Below are positions 61,448 to 64,000 of a DNA stretch of 64,000 nucleotides, in pieces (position 1 is the first letter of the stretch; each line of letters opens with the position of its first letter). Both the position numbers and the translations under genes were made by a program. Source of the DNA: a virus (Duplodnaviria; Caudoviricetes); the IMG/VR virus record IMGVR_UViG_3300047160_018490, positions 13,903-77,902 of that record; one strand, 5' to 3'. Below the pieces are notes generated by a model. That model had not been told where the DNA came from. It worked only from the letters and a program-made list of their open reading frames with translations, and ran no database searches.

Positions 61448-61978
61448 ATGAACGATACCACCTTGCAAGCGAGCGCCCTCCGTGGCCTGGTGCGCGACGC
61501 CATCGAGCACCCCGAGTTGCTGGGGGTGCTGGCCGATTGGATTGCCGAGAACTACCCCGCGGCCCGTGACGCTGAGGCGATGGTCCGCACTGGCAGCGCC
61601 ACCATCCCCTACCTCCTGGAGTGGGTTCTGGGTGAGTTCGGGGTGAAGGGGGATGCCTCCCTCGCGCTGAAGGGCCTCAAGATCTTCAAGGAGGGGGTGA
61701 AGCGCATCTACCAGCCCAGGAAGGCACGCCAGGTCCACCCCTCAGGCACCTTCGACAAGCAGGGGCGCTGGTATCCCGATGGAGACGAGCGCTGCGGATG
61801 CTGCCGCTCGATCAGGTCCCCCTCCTCGGCCTGGCCTTACTCCTGCATGGTGCATTGCCGCACCCGCACCCACTGTGAGGTCCTCCTCTCCGCCGGCATC
61901 TGGGGAGAGGACGTGGCCGCGGACGCCAGGGGGGTCGCGGAGACCGTGAGGAAAGAGCTGCTGGAGCTGCTGGCCTAA
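61448..61978 (+). CDS. hypothetical protein with a TIGR02996-like N-terminus and a Cys/His C-terminal domain
   Basis: LLGVLADWIAENY..RDAEAM; HPSGTFDKQGRWYP..E.CGCCRSIRSPS.AWPYS..HCRT..H; SD GAGGAGGT. Confidence 0.6.
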   Translation: MNDTTLQASALRGLVRDAIEHPELLGVLADWIAENYPAARDAEAMVRTGSATIPYLLEWVLGEFGVKGDASLALKGLKIFKEGVKRIYQPRKARQVHPSGTFDKQGRWYPDGDERCGCCRSIRSPSSAWPYSCMVHCRTRTHCEVLLSAGIWGEDVAADARGVAETVRKELLELLA

Positions 61979-62013
61979 CCTACTTTCACCATCGCCCCGA
62001 GAAGGAGACTGCC

Positions 62014-62241
62014 ATGAGCAACAACACCACCCCCACCACCGTCAACTTCACGGACGAAATCCGCAAGAAGCTGGTGGACGCCACCGCCCGCTGCGAGGCT
62101 GTGCCCGTGTGGCAGAGGGCGCCCATCCTGGAGGAGATCGGGGACATCCTCAAGGAGGCTGGCGTCCCGGAGCCCCTCTGGCGCTCCTGGTACGAGGCTG
62201 CGGAGTGGGTCCGCACCACCTACCTCTACCAGGCTGGTTAG
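62014..62241 (+). CDS. hypothetical early protein
   Basis: SD AAGGAG. Confidence 0.6.
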   Translation: MSNNTTPTTVNFTDEIRKKLVDATARCEAVPVWQRAPILEEIGDILKEAGVPEPLWRSWYEAAEWVRTTYLYQAG

Positions 62242-62254
62242 AAAGGAGGCTGAC

Positions 62255-62488
62255 ATGGACCCCGTGGCGTGCTGGAGGGAGCTGTGCGATGCCCTCCTGA
62301 ATGGAGATCCCGAGGTGGCCGCCCATCGCGCTCGGGATCTTCATATGTGGTTCCGCAAGGGGGGCTTCCTGCCCAGGGAGGTCCCCTACGTGGTGTGGCA
62401 GGATGGCGCCCTGCTTCCCTTCGCCCAGCTCTGCGAGGCCGTCGTCTTTTCCGTGAAGAGGAGTAATCCCGAGAAGAAAGGAACCTAA
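62255..62488 (+). CDS. hypothetical early protein
   Basis: SD AAAGGAGG; MDPVACWREL...LHMWFRKGGFLP. Confidence 0.6.
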   Translation: MDPVACWRELCDALLNGDPEVAAHRARDLHMWFRKGGFLPREVPYVVWQDGALLPFAQLCEAVVFSVKRSNPEKKGT

Positions 62489-62490
62489 CC

Positions 62491-62880
62491 ATGAAGCAAC
62501 CCGATTGGGCCCTGTTACCCTTCCCTACTACGCGAGAGGACTGGATGGGCTATGCAGAGACGGAGAGCCCCCAGGAGACGATTTGTCTGCTCCAGGGGGC
62601 CACCGCCCCTACCCCTGTCTACATCCATCACAAGGCCCTGGTGGCGTTTGCACAGGCCGCCGGGATCGCCCTGGGAAGGGCCCTCATCGAGCTGGGATCG
62701 GGCATCCTGAGGTGGAAGGAGAGCGAGCGGCCTGGAGAGAAGGGCTACGCAGTCCGCCTGAGGGGGGCGCCCAACCTCCCCCTGGTGTTTGGTTATCTGG
62801 ATGGGTGCTTGCTGGTACATCACCTCCCCGAGGGGATGAAGGACCCCAACGAGGGCAAGACCTTCGAGAAAGGAGAGTAG
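62491..62880 (+). CDS. hypothetical early protein
   Basis: Co-directional and tightly packed. Confidence 0.55.
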   Translation: MKQPDWALLPFPTTREDWMGYAETESPQETICLLQGATAPTPVYIHHKALVAFAQAAGIALGRALIELGSGILRWKESERPGEKGYAVRLRGAPNLPLVFGYLDGCLLVHHLPEGMKDPNEGKTFEKGE

Positions 62881-62882
62881 CC

Positions 62883-63161
62883 ATGAAGACCCCATTCCCT
62901 AGCGTGAGAGACCTGGCCGCCAACCTCATCTTCACCAAGGTGGAGCTGAGGAACTACCCCAGGGGAGAGGTGGAGGAGATCGAGGTGCGTCTCCAGGTCA
63001 CGGAGGAGGGGTGGTGGCTGTGGACGGGTGACCCCCAGTATGACACCGACCATCGCGGTTGGTGGGGTTCAGGAGTCATCACCCGTACCACCAACTGCGC
63101 CGAGCTGGCAAAGGAGCTGCTGGCGGAGGCGAGGTGCGATCAGTCCATGTGCGGAAGCTAG
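62883..63161 (+). CDS. hypothetical early protein
   Basis: ATG at 62883 with AAAGGAG upstream; EVRLQV...WWLWTGDPQYDTDHRGWWG. Confidence 0.6.
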   Translation: MKTPFPSVRDLAANLIFTKVELRNYPRGEVEEIEVRLQVTEEGWWLWTGDPQYDTDHRGWWGSGVITRTTNCAELAKELLAEARCDQSMCGS

Positions 63162-63174
63162 AAGGGAGGAGACC

Positions 63175-63405
63175 ATGAAGACAGGCATTGACCACGAGAT
63201 GGACGCCATCCAGAGCATGATGGCCATTGCCCAGGGCGCCCGTGCGCTGGCCGTCCAGGTAGACACCACCAGGCAGAAATTCGTCCAGGACAGCGTGGGC
63301 AGTCTCCGCCTCATCACGCAGAACCTGGTGAGGGACGTAGATACCCTTAAGAGGGGAGTGGAAGCCCTGGTGGCGTGGTTGGAGAAGAACTACTTACCCG
63401 ATTAA
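63175..63405 (+). CDS. hypothetical helical early protein
   Basis: ATG at 63175 with GGAGG upstream. Confidence 0.6.
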   Translation: MKTGIDHEMDAIQSMMAIAQGARALAVQVDTTRQKFVQDSVGSLRLITQNLVRDVDTLKRGVEALVAWLEKNYLPD

Positions 63406-63416
63406 GGAGGTGACTC

Positions 63417-63689
63417 ATGAAGCCCAGCACTAACCCGAGAACCATCCCCCAGGAGCCGCACTGGATCAGGTGGCTGCATGACGCCGTCCGGGTGCTGAAG
63501 GAAGGCGGGATGCTCGTCATGCCCGGCCCCATGCTCATCTACCGGGTGAGCCACCAGGAGAAGACCTTGACCCTCGTCAACGCCCCGCCGGGATACGACA
63601 AGGAAGAGAAGGTCACCGTCATTACGGAGAGGTGCGCCGAGGTCCTGGGGTATCGCGTGATCTACCCCGAGGCGCCCAAGCAGAGCTAG
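63417..63689 (+). CDS. hypothetical early protein
   Basis: SD AAGGAGGT. Confidence 0.6.
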   Translation: MKPSTNPRTIPQEPHWIRWLHDAVRVLKEGGMLVMPGPMLIYRVSHQEKTLTLVNAPPGYDKEEKVTVITERCAEVLGYRVIYPEAPKQS

Positions 63690-63704
63690 AAAGGATAATG
63701 TGCC

Positions 63705-63932
63705 ATGAGCGAAGAGCTGCATCCCTTCCACCTCACCCGGGAGACCCACTCGATGGGGAAGACCCTGGTGACCGGCCTCTTCCCAGGAGAGAAGTGGCAG
63801 ACCTGGTTGGTGGCCCCCAAGAAGAAGGAAGATGACCCTGAGGCGAGGATGCTGAGGGAGTGGCCCGACGAGGATGCTGCCTTCCTGGGGCACGAGCTGC
63901 AATCCAGGGAGGTCTTCGAGAAGAGGCGGTAG
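63705..63932 (+). CDS. hypothetical early protein
   Basis: Co-directional 75 aa ORF. Confidence 0.55.
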   Translation: MSEELHPFHLTRETHSMGKTLVTGLFPGEKWQTWLVAPKKKEDDPEARMLREWPDEDAAFLGHELQSREVFEKRR

Positions 63933-63945
63933 AAGTGGCCTCCTC

Positions 63946-64000
63946 TCTTCTTACAGGCTACCGGAAGCTCCCAGAGGGCCGCCGGTAGCCTGTAAGAAGA
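63946..64000. repeat. 19 bp perfect inverted repeat (hairpin), possibly longer beyond the window
   Basis: TCTTCTTACAGGCTACCGG (63946-63964), 17 nt loop, CCGGTAGCCTGTAAGAAGA (63982-64000). Confidence 0.85.

Noticed and set aside
1-64000. Prophage boundaries, integrase, tRNA/rRNA genes, contractile sheath, alternative genetic code
   Set aside because: None seen. All three stop codons end genes normally and long ORFs are intact under code 11. Lifestyle cannot be determined from this window.

Overview
The window is a 64 kb segment of a tailed dsDNA phage with HK97-fold capsids and an apparently non-contractile tail. No host genes, integrase, tRNA or CRISPR array were seen. Positions 1 to about 59.7 kb form one leftward (minus-strand) morphogenesis arm. 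Its order is terminase large subunit, GroES, portal, a J-domain protein, three very large head-maturation genes, a papain-like protease/membrane-protein/thioredoxin cluster, two tandem major capsid paralogues, a putative decoration protein, a glycosylation cluster, head-tail joining genes, tail tube, tail chaperones with a -1 frameshift site, tape measure, Cys-rich tail proteins, and a second methyltransferase plus GT4 locus that runs off the left end. From 59.76 kb, small rightward early-type genes begin. The strongest candidate for an undescribed system is the 17 kb block at 31.1-48.3 kb. It holds a prohead protease fused to an AAA+ ATPase and repeat modules (2035 aa), a 3055 aa chain of about 30 divergent small modules joined by a recurring ALEGxVEK-type linker to which lysine is largely confined, and a scaffold-like protein that starts with a copy of the capsid N-arm peptide and shares a C-terminal helix motif with the protease. 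I infer a protease-processed polyprotein of internal head proteins. Also notable are a homologue of plant RGP/UDP-arabinopyranose mutase in a likely virion-glycosylation cluster, a 9-mer found in at least 35 exact copies, and a C5G5 palindrome that fills the spacer of two putative late promoters. A Planctomycetota host is inferred, not shown. All family assignments come from motif recognition by eye; no searches were run.
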